DNA of 64,000 nucleotides from Gemmatimonadales bacterium (GTDB lineage Bacteria; Gemmatimonadota; Gemmatimonadetes; Gemmatimonadales; GWC2-71-9): NCBI GenBank assembly GCA_965249575.1, contig OZ252244.1, positions 2,048,001 to 2,112,000 of the forward strand, read 5' to 3'. Shown piece by piece: positions 1 to 9,532 of this stretch (position 1 is its first letter; each line of letters starts with the position of its first letter). The notes under the pieces were generated by a model. It saw only the letters and a program-made list of their open reading frames with translations, ran no database searches and was not told where the DNA came from. The position numbers and the translations under genes were made by a program.

Positions 1-137
1 AGCTACGACAAAAACGCAGTGCTCCCCCTGCCGTTCCTCACCGGTGTCCGCTGGGGTCGCATGTTCTCGTCCCCAGACTGAGGAACCGAGTCGGGTCCCG
101 GGCGCAAGCGGGATCCGGCCGAGTTGGAGAACGTGTC

Positions 138-353
138 CTATTTGTAACGGTAGGTGATTCGACCGCGAGTCAGATCGTAGGGGGACAACTCGACGGCGAC
201 TCGGTCGCCCTGCAGGATGCGAATGTAGTGCTTGCGCATCTTCCCAGAGACGTATGCGAGCACTGCATGGCCGTTTTCGAGTTCCACCCTGAAGGTGGTG
301 TTGGGGAGAACCTCCTTGATCGTCCCCATCATTTGAATCGCATCACCACCCAC
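138..353 (-). CDS. infA: Translation initiation factor IF-1
   Basis: 71 aa with [52 protein letters not shown], the canonical IF-1 sequence. Confidence 0.97.
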   Translation of the reverse strand: MGGDAIQMMGTIKEVLPNTTFRVELENGHAVLAYVSGKMRKHYIRILQGDRVAVELSPYDLTRGRITYRYK

Positions 354-371
354 GCGTCACGCCCTTCTGCG

Positions 372-623
372 TCAATACGATAGTTCCGGGTGGGATGGTT
401 GGGTCACATTCCGGGGCACATAAGCGGCTTGCCGGCCACACTTGGCGCACCTGAGCGTCACGTGCCGGTAACCGTCTCTGGCGCTTCCGTAACGGCGCCT
501 GGGGGTGCGCTCGATCGCCTTATGCCCACAGGACGGGCACACCAACCTCTCTTGATCGCGATCGGCCAGGATCAACTGCAGGGCTTCGGGGGCTCTGTAT
601 TCTTTGGTCGTTCGTCGTCCCAC
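372..623 (-). CDS. Small zinc-ribbon protein
   Basis: GTG start at 623; CPSC...CAKC pair of CxxC motifs; directly upstream of infA on the same strand. Confidence 0.65.
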   Translation of the reverse strand: MGRRTTKEYRAPEALQLILADRDQERLVCPSCGHKAIERTPRRRYGSARDGYRHVTLRCAKCGRQAAYVPRNVTQPSHPELSY

Positions 624-756
624 TGATAACCTCGTCTTCCGCAACGGGGCCGTAAATGTATCCTCCAGACCGGGCGGTGGCAAACGAGCGCAACCCCTTG
701 ACGAAGGGACGTGGAAGGGGATCTTAGACCCCCCCCAAAGCGAGCCGCGAGAGCCC

Positions 757-1032
757 ATGGAAAACCAACCCGCAGGCGACTATGTCCGAGTAGCCGACGT
801 CGAGATCAGCTCGGTGCGATCAGAACGATCGGGGTTCCTGCTCGAGGGGAGGGGCGCCGATAGGGCGGATTATCTGCTCGAGCTTCACCTGGATATGCCC
901 GTAGATGAACGGACAAGGGCGGTCCTTAGCGAGATGCTTGCGCAATCTGAATGGAGGGCATGGCGGAGGAGCCCGCAGCCCTTCCCGAGGCGTGGAGGCA
1001 GCGGTCACAAGCTGCGGACAAAGACCGGGTAA
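757..1032 (+). CDS. Hypothetical protein (91 aa)
   Basis: ATG at 757; globular-looking sequence MENQPAGDYVRVADVEISSVRSERSGFLLEGRGAD; divergent from the zinc-ribbon gene. Confidence 0.65.
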   Translation: MENQPAGDYVRVADVEISSVRSERSGFLLEGRGADRADYLLELHLDMPVDERTRAVLSEMLAQSEWRAWRRSPQPFPRRGGSGHKLRTKTG

Positions 1033-1171
1033 GGCCCTGGAGGGTCTCCAGAGCCCACCGACCACCCGGGAACCCACCTGACGGCGTCGCGGCAGGGGAT
1101 CTCGCAGCGGCAAATGAAGTAACCAGTTATAAAACAACGTCTTACAGAATTGGATCGCCAGTATCACCGGG

Positions 1172-1200
1172 TTGACGTAGGTGTACCGACCCGCTAGGTT
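1172..1200 (+). promoter_or_regulatory. Putative sigma70 promoter
   Basis: TTGACG-17 bp-TAGGTT, followed by a GGAGG RBS (1222-1226) and ATG 1230. Confidence 0.6.
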
Positions 1201-1229
1201 GCCGCTCCTAACGCCGTATTTGGAGGCAA

Positions 1230-1625
1230 ATGGCGCAGGAGCTTGGCGGCTCGCAGATCTCAGCTTTGCTGGAGACCGTACCGGGAATTGCGAGTGTCCT
1301 TCGCAGCCCGGTCGCTGACGCCGTGGTCGGAACGGTCCGAGCTGCTGCGGGGAAGGATGAATTCCGGCTGGATCATGCGCGGGAACTGGCGCAGTTCGCC
1401 GTCCGGAGAGGGCTGATCGGGGTGGAAGAGGCGGAGAGCCTCATTCAGGAGGTCAGCGAGCGCAGGAAGCGCCGGAGCCCGAGTAAGAAGGGTGTGACTC
1501 GGCGGCCGAAACCCGAGGCCCGCGCCAAAAAAGTAGCCTCACGGAAAAAAAAGAAGGCCGCCGCCCCGGCCCGGCATAAGAAGGCCGCTGGGACGAGCGG
1601 CAAACCGACGCGGAAGAAGCGTTAG
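1230..1625 (+). CDS. Hypothetical protein with Lys/Arg-rich histone H1-like C-terminal tail
   Basis: GGAGG RBS; helical N-terminal domain followed by a KKVASRKKKKAAAPARHKKAAGTSGKPTRKKR tail. Confidence 0.8.
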   Translation: MAQELGGSQISALLETVPGIASVLRSPVADAVVGTVRAAAGKDEFRLDHARELAQFAVRRGLIGVEEAESLIQEVSERRKRRSPSKKGVTRRPKPEARAKKVASRKKKKAAAPARHKKAAGTSGKPTRKKR

Positions 1626-2675
1626 ACCTTGAACCCCTGGACGAGCGCCCGAAGGCGCTCGGCCGCCTGATTCAGTTCGGCCGCCTGGGCGGCCATCTCT
1701 TCGGTCGATGCTCCCTGCGCTTCAGCCGCCGCCATCACCTGGTCACTGGAGCCGGCGTGCGACCGGGCCTGACTGGCCACCTCTGCGATGGCCCGCTGAC
1801 GAGATTTGACCGGCGCTTGCCGCGATTTCCTCGCTGACAGCTGAAAGATCACCCGCTGTGGCGGCGATACGCTCGCTCTCCGACGCGATCTCGGTAACCA
1901 GGGATCGCAGGCTGGTTCCGATGCGAGACATCGCTTGAGCCAGCTCATTGAGCTCGCCGGGCATGTCCCCGAGGGGGACCGGGCGAAAGTCGCCCTCGCT
2001 GGCCCGGGTGGCCGCGCCGGCCAGGCGTGAAATTGGCTCTCGAACGGATCGCAACGCGAGGCCGCCCACGGCTACGCCGATTACGATCGCCGCAACGAGC
2101 AACACGCTCACGAGAGCCTGCCGGCCGCGAGTGTCCGCCACCAGTCGCTGCATCGCGCCAACGGTTTGAGCTGACTGGCGACCGGAGAACTCCTGGATTG
2201 CCTGGGTGAGGTTCCTGGCTGCCCGGCGGGCAGCAAACGCCGTCTCCACCGCCTGTCGGGATCCACCCAGGTCCCGCAGGGCCTGCGCGGCCCGATAAAC
2301 CGAATCGGTCTCGACCTGGAGCTCCACGATTCGCAGCGCTGCCACCCGGTCTTGATCGGAAAGGCGAGGGAGCGCGCCCAACTGGCTGGCGGCGGCCCGA
2401 GCCGTGTCGCTCGCCACCTGAAATGTCTCTCGCGCCTCTTCCGAGCGGTCGACCAGGTAGCGCTCTGCGGCGCCGATCTGAACGGAGACCGCCGCGGCCA
2501 GCTTCGCGGCCACTTCCGATGACAACGTGGTCCTGGTCACTTCCGTCCCGATCCCGCGCAAGCGTCCCAATGCCAGGATCGCGACTATCGCTATGACGGC
2601 AGTCGTAACCATGAGGGCTCCGGTCCCCAGGGCGATCCGCGTCTTAAGGGTGTTCAGATCAAGCAGTCGGTTCAT
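1622..2675 (-). pseudogene. Methyl-accepting chemotaxis protein, internally deleted and frameshifted
   Basis: Two TM helices, helical sensor, HAMP (PISRLAGAATRASEGDF..ELNELAQAM) and the start of the MA domain; then a frame jump near 1795 straight to the C-terminal ASTEEMAAQAAELNQAAERLRALVQGFKV; the signalling hairpin is absent. Confidence 0.8.
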
Positions 2676-2907
2676 TGATAAAGGATGCGCCGAGCGGCAG
2701 TTACCCCCGGACCTCGGGGTCTATCCACTGGGTGGGCCCAATGATCCAGGGAGATGGTGTGGGGCATCGAGTAGTCGGCGCAACGTTAGTGCGGTGCCAT
2801 CTGGTGCGCAACGCCCCACTGTCCCAGCCGCCCCGGCTGAGGGCAGGTGCGGCGATGTCGGATGGGGTTGCACGATTGAGCCTGAACCGAGAGCCAGCCG
2901 GGTGGAA

Positions 2908-3531
2908 TCAGCGATTCTGGCCCCTCCGAATCACACGCCGGAAGATCGCGACGCCCGACTCCGGCATCGTCTCGTCGAAGAGCAGCGCGTTCGCGAACGG
3001 ATCGTACTGGCCGACCCACTCGACGCTATCTGGCCAGGTGAGTCTCAACAGCCGGGTTTCCCGTTCCCACTCACCCACGGTCCACAGCCCTCCGGTAACG
3101 GGCCGCCACCTGCACAGCCGATCGGCCGTGAGGACCAGCTCCGTCGGTTGGCCGATCTCCGAGCCCAGATCCCCGAGCCACCGTCCCGTGACGGGGCGCG
3201 CCAACAGGCTCTGCGGGGACATCGTGACGACCTCACCCTGAGGTGGTTCGAGAAGGAGCCGGCCGTAGGAGAGGCGGTAACGGGCCACGATGTTCGTGTC
3301 ACCGCTGGCGAGGAGGGAGTCACTGGTCAGGCGATAACGCAGTGGGTAACGGTCCCCGACCACCAGCATGGAGTCTGCATAGAACTCGAACTGGAGTGGC
3401 CTGCCCATGTGGATGCCAACCCATCGCCCGGCCAACAGAACGGAATCGCGTTGGGCAACGAGCGTGGTTGGAATGCTGAGGGGCACCAATAGGGCCAAGA
3501 GGTGGGATGGACGCACAGTGGCTCGTACCAT
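2908..3531 (-). CDS. Secreted hypothetical protein
   Basis: Signal-peptide-like N terminus (LLALLVPLSIPTTLVAQ); beta-rich with two GRW-initiated halves. Confidence 0.7.
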   Translation of the reverse strand: MVRATVRPSHLLALLVPLSIPTTLVAQRDSVLLAGRWVGIHMGRPLQFEFYADSMLVVGDRYPLRYRLTSDSLLASGDTNIVARYRLSYGRLLLEPPQGEVVTMSPQSLLARPVTGRWLGDLGSEIGQPTELVLTADRLCRWRPVTGGLWTVGEWERETRLLRLTWPDSVEWVGQYDPFANALLFDETMPESGVAIFRRVIRRGQNR

Positions 3532-3628
3532 GGCTGGCGAGGCCAGGTTCCGCAAGACGTCGGTCGAAGCTGGGGGCCCGGGTCGCGCCAATGGGCTCAA
3601 GGGGATACAATTACCCTAGGATTCAACT

Positions 3629-4246
3629 ATGACTGTTCCAGTGACGCTGCCTACTACACAGACCTTCTCGGAGCGAGCCGATGCTCTGGGACATTTCTTC
3701 CAGCGCGCCGGTGAGGCGCCCCGCCTCATCGCCTTCGACGACGAGGTGGGATGTCCGCTGCATAACGCATTGGCCGCACTCGAGTGGACCAGCGCGGTCG
3801 GCATCCTCAGCGATACGGATCTACTGCACGCCGCACGGCTGGGGGAAACCGCGGCGGCGACGGTCGAGCGGCGCAGGAACGGGCAGCGTGTGTTCGTGTA
3901 CCTGGGCCCGCGGATGGATGCGCCACCCGCCGATCCTTATGAGGGAGCGCTACTGTTCGATGAGCCTGGAGTCCGGGCGTTCGAGTTTGTCCAGCGGGCG
4001 CACGCGCTGGCCCACTTTCTCCGAGCGACGCAGGGGGCGGGCGGGGTATTGTCCCTTCTGGGGAAGCGCGCTCCCGAGCTGCGCCACGTCAAGCGGGCGC
4101 TTTCGGCGGTCTTTCAGTATCCTCCGCCGGACGTGTCAAATCTGATGCTGGCTGGGTGGTTCGCAACGACCGGTGGGGGCATTTTGTTCGTTCCCCCGCT
4201 TGCGGACGGAGTCTACACCTACCAAGAGGTATCGTCCGAGTCCTGA
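3629..4246 (+). CDS. Hypothetical protein (205 aa)
   Basis: Long ORF with GC-rich codon usage and a globular sequence; divergent from the 2908-3531 gene. Confidence 0.8.
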   Translation: MTVPVTLPTTQTFSERADALGHFFQRAGEAPRLIAFDDEVGCPLHNALAALEWTSAVGILSDTDLLHAARLGETAAATVERRRNGQRVFVYLGPRMDAPPADPYEGALLFDEPGVRAFEFVQRAHALAHFLRATQGAGGVLSLLGKRAPELRHVKRALSAVFQYPPPDVSNLMLAGWFATTGGGILFVPPLADGVYTYQEVSSES

Positions 4247-4462
4247 GCCGGCGCCAACCGGTCCATCACCCTACATTCGCAACATCGCGCCGCCCCGGTT
4301 GCCTAAATCGGGGAAGAGCCGTGGCTCGTGTGGACTAGTGGATGACTAGTTCTGCACAACTCCACATGCTGTGGAAATACCGCCGAACCATCGCCGGCGG
4401 GCGTGCTTACCGATCCACAACGAGTGCACATGGAACGCCGTAACCCGAAGAAATATCGGCAC

Positions 4463-4490
4463 TTGCGCGATTGTGGCCCGCTCCTATATT
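4463..4490 (+). promoter_or_regulatory. Putative sigma70 promoter of the candidate ncRNA
   Basis: TTGCGC (4463-4468)-16 bp-TATATT (4485-4490), immediately before a long structured region. Confidence 0.55.
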
Positions 4491-4496
4491 TGCTCC

Positions 4497-4921
4497 CGTC
4501 GTGCAGGGGAAGGGTCGGGACGGACGTCTTGACCACGCCCTGCGTGGCAGGTTCGAGCGGGAAATTTCGGGGAGGGCGCCGATGCAACAAGGGCTCAGGC
4601 GTCCAGCGATCCGGGTGAGCACCCCGACTCGGACAGGCGGGGCCAGTCGCGCGCCTCGCCCACGCCGATCTGGCGCCTCGGTGTGCAGTGCGAAGGGTCG
4701 GTCCGCGACCCGATCCGACTCGCAGCGCCCCTACCGGTGAACCTTGCGGCTCGGCCAAGCTGCCTGGGGATGGAAGCCGGAGCTCCTGGTCACCCACCCG
4801 CGGGCGTATCAGTCCATGCGGCGGTGGCGGGAAGAAGAACAGCGGGAGTAAATCCCCTGGCTCCGGGTAACCGGTATGTGGACGGCGGGCATCCTCACGG
4901 GTGGCCCGCCGTCCTTTTTTT
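4497..4921 (+). ncRNA. Candidate large structured non-coding RNA of unknown class
   Basis: More than 10 nested helices with G-U pairs identified by eye, flanked by a promoter and a terminator; no convincing CDS. Confidence 0.6.
4880..4921 (+). terminator. Intrinsic terminator
   Basis: GGACGGCGGGC / GCCCGCCGTCC 11-bp stem followed by T7 (4915-4921). Confidence 0.9.
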
Positions 4922-5010
4922 CCTTCATCGCCTCCTGCGGCCGTCACGATTGCCGGGTTGGGCCTGGTATTGAGCGTCCGGTCCCTGGGGCCCGGTGCAG
5001 CGCCTCTCGT

Positions 5011-5997
5011 TTACGTCCCGTCGGGTACGCCCCAGTCACTGCGGCCACGGTAAACCCGTCGACGATCCAACGTCCACTGGGGTGTTGAGACGTCACCAGA
5101 CGGGAAATTGTCGGAGAGGCTCAGGGCGTTGGCCATGCTGGTGGTCTTTGCGCTGGCGTTGTCCGCCCAATGCAGCACCTCCGCTTCGAGCATCATCGGC
5201 GGCACCGGGCTTCCGAATGCCAGCTGGCCGTGATGCGACAGGACAAGGTGAGTCAGGATGTCTCGCTCCCAGTCGGTGCAGGGAGGTTCGGGTTCCTCGT
5301 TGATCCGGCGCTCGAGCATGATGGCTCCCAGCGCCACGTGTCCGATGAGTCGCCCCGCGGTCGTGTAATCGAACGCCCTGTCCCACGTGTAGCTCTTCAG
5401 CTTCCCGATGTCGTGTACCAGGACGCCGGCAAGCACTAGCTCCAGGTCGGCCCCAGCTGCTCGTCCGATGGTGCGGGCGATCGCTGCGACTTCAGCGGTG
5501 TGCTTGAGCAGTCCGCCGATCGCAGCGTGATGGCCGCGGATCGACGCCGGGCATCGCTCGTAATCACGCCGGAAGTCGGCGTCATCATAAAAGAGGTCGA
5601 GCACCCGCTTGAGCCGCGGTTTGCGGACATCCGCCCGCCAGGCGTCGAGCATTTCCCAGTAACGATCGACCGGACCAACCGATGGTAGCAGGGCCTCCAC
5701 GTCGACCGCGCCGTCGGGGAGAACTCGAAGAGAAATCACTTTCAGCTGCCGCCGGTCTCGGTAGCTTGCTACCTCGCCGATGACCTGCACGGCATGCCCG
5801 GCGCGAACCCCAGCTACCATGTCCTTTCGCTCGGGCCAGATCGGCTCGGTGGAGATTCGGCCGGTACTGTTGCCCAAGGCGAGGATCGTGAACGGATCGC
5901 CGGTATCCCGAGTGCGCGATGTCGACTCGAGCACCAAGAAGGTATCCTCGACTCGTTGACCTAACTCGAGAGATGGTACGTGCAGCGGTTCAGCCAT
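5011..5997 (-). CDS. yhaM: 3'-5' exoribonuclease, YhaM/Cbf1 family (OB fold + HD domain)
   Basis: N-terminal OB fold; PAS..HHA..GGLLKHT, LVHDIGK, GRLIGH, HLVLSHHG..FGSPVPP..EA..LHWADN motifs. Confidence 0.9.
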   Translation of the reverse strand: MAEPLHVPSLELGQRVEDTFLVLESTSRTRDTGDPFTILALGNSTGRISTEPIWPERKDMVAGVRAGHAVQVIGEVASYRDRRQLKVISLRVLPDGAVDVEALLPSVGPVDRYWEMLDAWRADVRKPRLKRVLDLFYDDADFRRDYERCPASIRGHHAAIGGLLKHTAEVAAIARTIGRAAGADLELVLAGVLVHDIGKLKSYTWDRAFDYTTAGRLIGHVALGAIMLERRINEEPEPPCTDWERDILTHLVLSHHGQLAFGSPVPPMMLEAEVLHWADNASAKTTSMANALSLSDNFPSGDVSTPQWTLDRRRVYRGRSDWGVPDGT

Positions 5998-6006
5998 GAT
6001 TACAAA

Positions 6007-6740
6007 CTAGTGATGGGCACGGCGCAGTCGAGGCAGCGTGCGGTCGGGCTCGCGGGCTGGATGCTCGATTGGATCCCGCGCGATGGGCGGCGGCAGGTGG
6101 GCGACCGAGTTCGCATGGTATTCGAGCAGCGGCCGCTGGCTGGGTCGAATCACGTAGGCGTCGCCCTCCCGGAGCACCAATTCGCTTGCCGATCATGTTC
6201 CATGAGCGATCCATAATGGGCGCCGAGCCCCGGTCGAGTTGGATCATCGTGGCGTTCGTCGTTATCAAACGATCGTGGTAGGTCTCGATTCGTTCGAGCA
6301 GCTCCCGATAACGCACGAGACTCGAGCCAAAGGAGAGTAACGCCAGCGGCGACGAGGGGAACGGGGATGACGTGAAAGACCGCCCGTGCGACGGCGTAGC
6401 CGAACCGATAGTACGAGAGGACATTGAACGTAGGGACGATTCAGTCTACGTATCGCTCCACGAGGCGCCTGGCCTCCCCGACGCTCGAGCCCCGCTCTCG
6501 ACGATGGGCTTGGATCTCGACTGCGCGGGATCGCTCAGGATCTCCGTGGGCACGACCCGCCGGCCGACCAGTTTGTTGCGTTCCAGGTGAGCCTTGAACC
6601 GGTGAACGGTGCGGAAAACGGCCGCCCGGATCCTGGCCTCGATGAGCCGGCGGACCCTTTCCGCCAGCGAGACTCCGATGACGACCGCGAGTAGGACCAC
6701 GACGCCGGTGATCGCCCATCCACCAACGAGTCCCGTCAGA
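6007..6740 (-). pseudogene. Degraded glycerolipid acyltransferase-like membrane protein
   Basis: Fragments across frames: TM-..RFKAHLERNKL, ERYVD*IVPTFNVLSYYRFGY, IPVPLVAA, YVIRPSQRPLLEYHANSVAHL; internal stop, frameshifts, central catalytic domain missing; family assignment from recalled similarity. Confidence 0.5.
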
Positions 6741-7757
6741 TTGCCTCCGGTAACACACCCGTTTTGCGGTACTGGTAGGCCATGCGCTTGAGGCGCGCGA
6801 TTCGTATCGCCATGGGTGGGTGGGTTGCGAGTAGGTCGGCGACGAATCCCTGCTTCGCCGTTAGCCGCCGGCCGAGGGGATCCGCGATGCAAAGATGTGC
6901 GGTTCCGCGGCCCATGGCCTTGGTTGGAGCGTGATGATTCTCGATTGCGCGTAGGGCTTCCGCGAGGCCTGACGGGTTCCGGGTGAACTGCGCCGCCGAT
7001 GCATCGGCGAGGAATTCCCGCTTCCGGCTCACGCCGAGCGCGAGCAAGCGGGAGACGATGGGTGCCACGAGCAGCGTTACGAGCCACAGGACCAGAACGA
7101 CCAGGGCGAGCTTCCCCGCCCCCCCCCGTTTGCCTCCCCGCCCGCCGCGGTGCGCATGACCGCCGAGCCTCAGTACGCGCCAGGCGCTGTCGGAGATCAG
7201 AGCGATGGTTCCGACGAGCGCGGCCAGGAGGGTCATGAGCTTGACGTCGTGGTTGCGAATGTGGGCCATTTCGTGTGCGATGACCCCCTGAAGCTGATCC
7301 CTATTCAGGATCGTCAGGAGGCCTTCCGTAACCGCGACGTGCGCGCTTCGCTCGTCCAGACCGGTAGCAAATGCATTGGGGTCGGGATCGGGGACAATCC
7401 AAACCGTCGGCTTGGGCAGTCCGGAGGCGATTGCCATTTCCTTAACAACGTTTACGAGTCTGCGCTCCTCGGGCGTTGACGCCTCGATGAGCTCCCAGGC
7501 ACCTGTCGCCCAAAGAATCTCCTGGGGCCCTTTTTCCAGCCGTACCAGGCGATGCACCCGCCGATGGCGGTAACAACGACGCCCAACCACGGGAAGACGT
7601 GCCGGTAACCCGCGTCTTCGAGCCCGGCTGGATGAAGAAAGAGGGCGAGATCGCCCCCGAAGCCTACCCAGGCGAAGAACCCCAAAAAGACGGCGACCAG
7701 AAACTGCGAGCGCCGTCGATTCGCCCTCTGCTGAGCGAAGAGATTCGTATCGGTCAC
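6736..7757 (-). CDS. htpX: M48 zinc metalloprotease HtpX (1-nt frameshift near 7525)
   Basis: PNAFATG, VAVTEGLL, GVIAHEMAHIRN, SRKREFLADA, ATHPP; N terminus in another frame (7452-7757); the shift falls in a C run. Confidence 0.92.
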
Positions 7758-8344
7758 TCTTTAGGCTTGAAGGAGAGGTCGACCTGGGGCAACTCTCGCT
7801 CACGCTCGTCGGAAATTTCCCACAGCTCGACGGGCTCGGCCTTTGCCAAGCCTGCCACGAGATTGGTTGGGAACTGTTGCTGACGAACGTTGTAGGTCGT
7901 GGCCGTATCGTTGTACAGCTGCCGGGCGAAGGAAACGTGGTTCTCCGTCGAGGTGAGCTCCTCTTGGAGTTGCCCGATGTTACCGGTCGCTTTGAGTTGG
8001 GGATACTGCTCGACCACGACGTTCAATCGCGAGAGCGCGGACGATAGCTGCGCCTCGGCTGCCGCGAGCGCCTTAACGCCGCCCGTCGGTAGCGCGTCCG
8101 CCTGGACCTTGGCAGCCTGGTTCCTGGCTTGAATGACGGCCTCCAACGTTTCCCGCTCAAACTCCATGGCGCCTTTGACGGCATTGACGAGGTTTGGGAT
8201 CAGGTCGTGGCGTCGCTTGAGCTGGACGTCGATCTGCTTCCACGCGTTCAGCGTCTCGCCCTTGAGCGCGATGAGTCCGTTGTATGCGGAGATCACCCAA
8301 AACGTGGCTACGATCAAGAGAATCAAGAAAATCCATGTCATCAC
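7754..8344 (-). CDS. lemA: LemA family protein
   Basis: AWKQIDVQLKRRHDLIPNLV, EQYPQLKA, LQEELTSTEN..FARQLYN..FPTNLVA. Confidence 0.96.
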   Translation of the reverse strand: MMTWIFLILLIVATFWVISAYNGLIALKGETLNAWKQIDVQLKRRHDLIPNLVNAVKGAMEFERETLEAVIQARNQAAKVQADALPTGGVKALAAAEAQLSSALSRLNVVVEQYPQLKATGNIGQLQEELTSTENHVSFARQLYNDTATTYNVRQQQFPTNLVAGLAKAEPVELWEISDERERELPQVDLSFKPKE

Positions 8345-8479
8345 GGGCTCCCGTGTGGGTTGGTCGCTGCGGTGTTGGAGTGAGGTGAAGGGTGGTTCCG
8401 GGCTGCCGGTGGCGTGCGCCGGGGAGAAGGGCTCGAGAAGCGGGTGGCGCGCACCGACCCGGTCGCCTCCGCCCCTGCG

Positions 8480-9133
8480 CTAGTCGGCGCTCTGCGGGTC
8501 GTCCAGTTTCTCGAGGGCTGACCGCACGGCTTCGGCAATCGCATCGGTTGGCACTCCCATCCGGGCGCGCGGGTGCTCAGCACTCATGTGTAGCTCGAGG
8601 CCGGGCTCCAGGGAGATCCGGTGCCAAGTGGCGCTACGAGGACGGGTGTCCCCGCCGGACGAATCCACTCGTCGCCATACGTGTAACGCCCGTCCGGCCC
8701 GTCCGCGCGGCGAGGTGGCGCGCTCCGAGAGTCGAAGGCGTTCCGGTGCGGGAAGCCCGGCCCCGATCGCCGATGCAACTCGCCGCTCCACGATGTCACC
8801 GGTGACGGTTTCGAGCTCCTCGGTGATGGCGGCGAGCGTCGCACCCTCCATCTGCTTGAGCTTGATCGTCAGAACCTGCAGGAGGTGCCGATACGAGTAC
8901 GTGGCCGCCGTGCCACGGCCTTCCGGTGGGGCGACGAGCCCCCGCGTGACGTAGAACCGGATGGTGCGCTCGTTGGGGAGCGCGTTGGCCGCCGCGTTGA
9001 TCGGGCGGATGTCCGAGGCTTCGAGGATTGCCGCGGCGACGGCGGCTAGGTCGCGGAGGTTCCACGGGGCGAGCTTGCGATACTCGCGAAGTGCGGCGAG
9101 GGGCTCTAAGGCTGGCGCGCTTGCCGACCCCAC
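8480..9133 (-). CDS. MerR-type HTH transcriptional regulator
   Basis: ERTIRFYVTRGLVAPPEGRGTAATYSYRHLLQVLTIKLKQMEGATLAAI. Confidence 0.85.
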   Translation of the reverse strand: MGSASAPALEPLAALREYRKLAPWNLRDLAAVAAAILEASDIRPINAAANALPNERTIRFYVTRGLVAPPEGRGTAATYSYRHLLQVLTIKLKQMEGATLAAITEELETVTGDIVERRVASAIGAGLPAPERLRLSERATSPRGRAGRALHVWRRVDSSGGDTRPRSATWHRISLEPGLELHMSAEHPRARMGVPTDAIAEAVRSALEKLDDPQSAD

Positions 9134-9136
9134 GGC

Positions 9137-9532
9137 CTAGTGACCGTTGGCGCGACGACGCTTGCTGGACGTCAACGAGTCCAGCATCTGGAAGACTTCT
9201 ACGAGCTCGAACGGCTTTCTGATCACCGGGAGGGAGTACAACATCAGCCACTCGTGCTGATCTTCCGAATCCGGATTGCTGCTCATGACCGCTAGGCGCG
9301 GGACGAGAGCCGGCCACTGGCTGAGGATGATGTAAAACAGCGTCTGGCCCGACATCGTCGGCATGTGGAGGTCCATGAGCACGGCGTCGACTGAATGACT
9401 GGTCAGCAGCTCGCACGCTTCCTCGCCGGTCGTCGCGATGAGCACTGCGTCCCCGCGCTGCTTGAGCGCCTTCTCCAACGCTCCGCGCACGGACGGATCA
9501 TCGTCCACGATCAAGATTCGCCGGCGACTCAT
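9137..9532 (-). CDS. Single-domain response regulator (receiver)
   Basis: ILIVDDD, VLMDLHMP, VIRKPF; its ATG overlaps the stop of the upstream AraC gene (ATGA). Confidence 0.9.
   Translation of the reverse strand: MSRRRILIVDDDPSVRGALEKALKQRGDAVLIATTGEEACELLTSHSVDAVLMDLHMPTMSGQTLFYIILSQWPALVPRLAVMSSNPDSEDQHEWLMLYSLPVIRKPFELVEVFQMLDSLTSSKRRRANGH

Noticed and set aside
2527..3492. 321-aa + strand ORF
   Set aside because: Antisense shadow of the MCP and the 2908-3531 gene; typical high-GC artefact.
4582..4740. 52-aa ORF (MQQGLRRPAIRV...) with a GGGAGG RBS-like sequence inside the candidate ncRNA
   Set aside because: Arg/Ser/Pro-rich low-information sequence, and its RBS overlaps a predicted helix; not called as a CDS, though a dual-function RNA cannot be excluded.
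4497..4921. Identity as RNase P RNA, tmRNA, SRP RNA or a riboswitch
   Set aside because: Their conserved signature sequences were not found on either strand, and no co-oriented gene lies downstream; 6S is unlikely on length and branching but needs cmscan.
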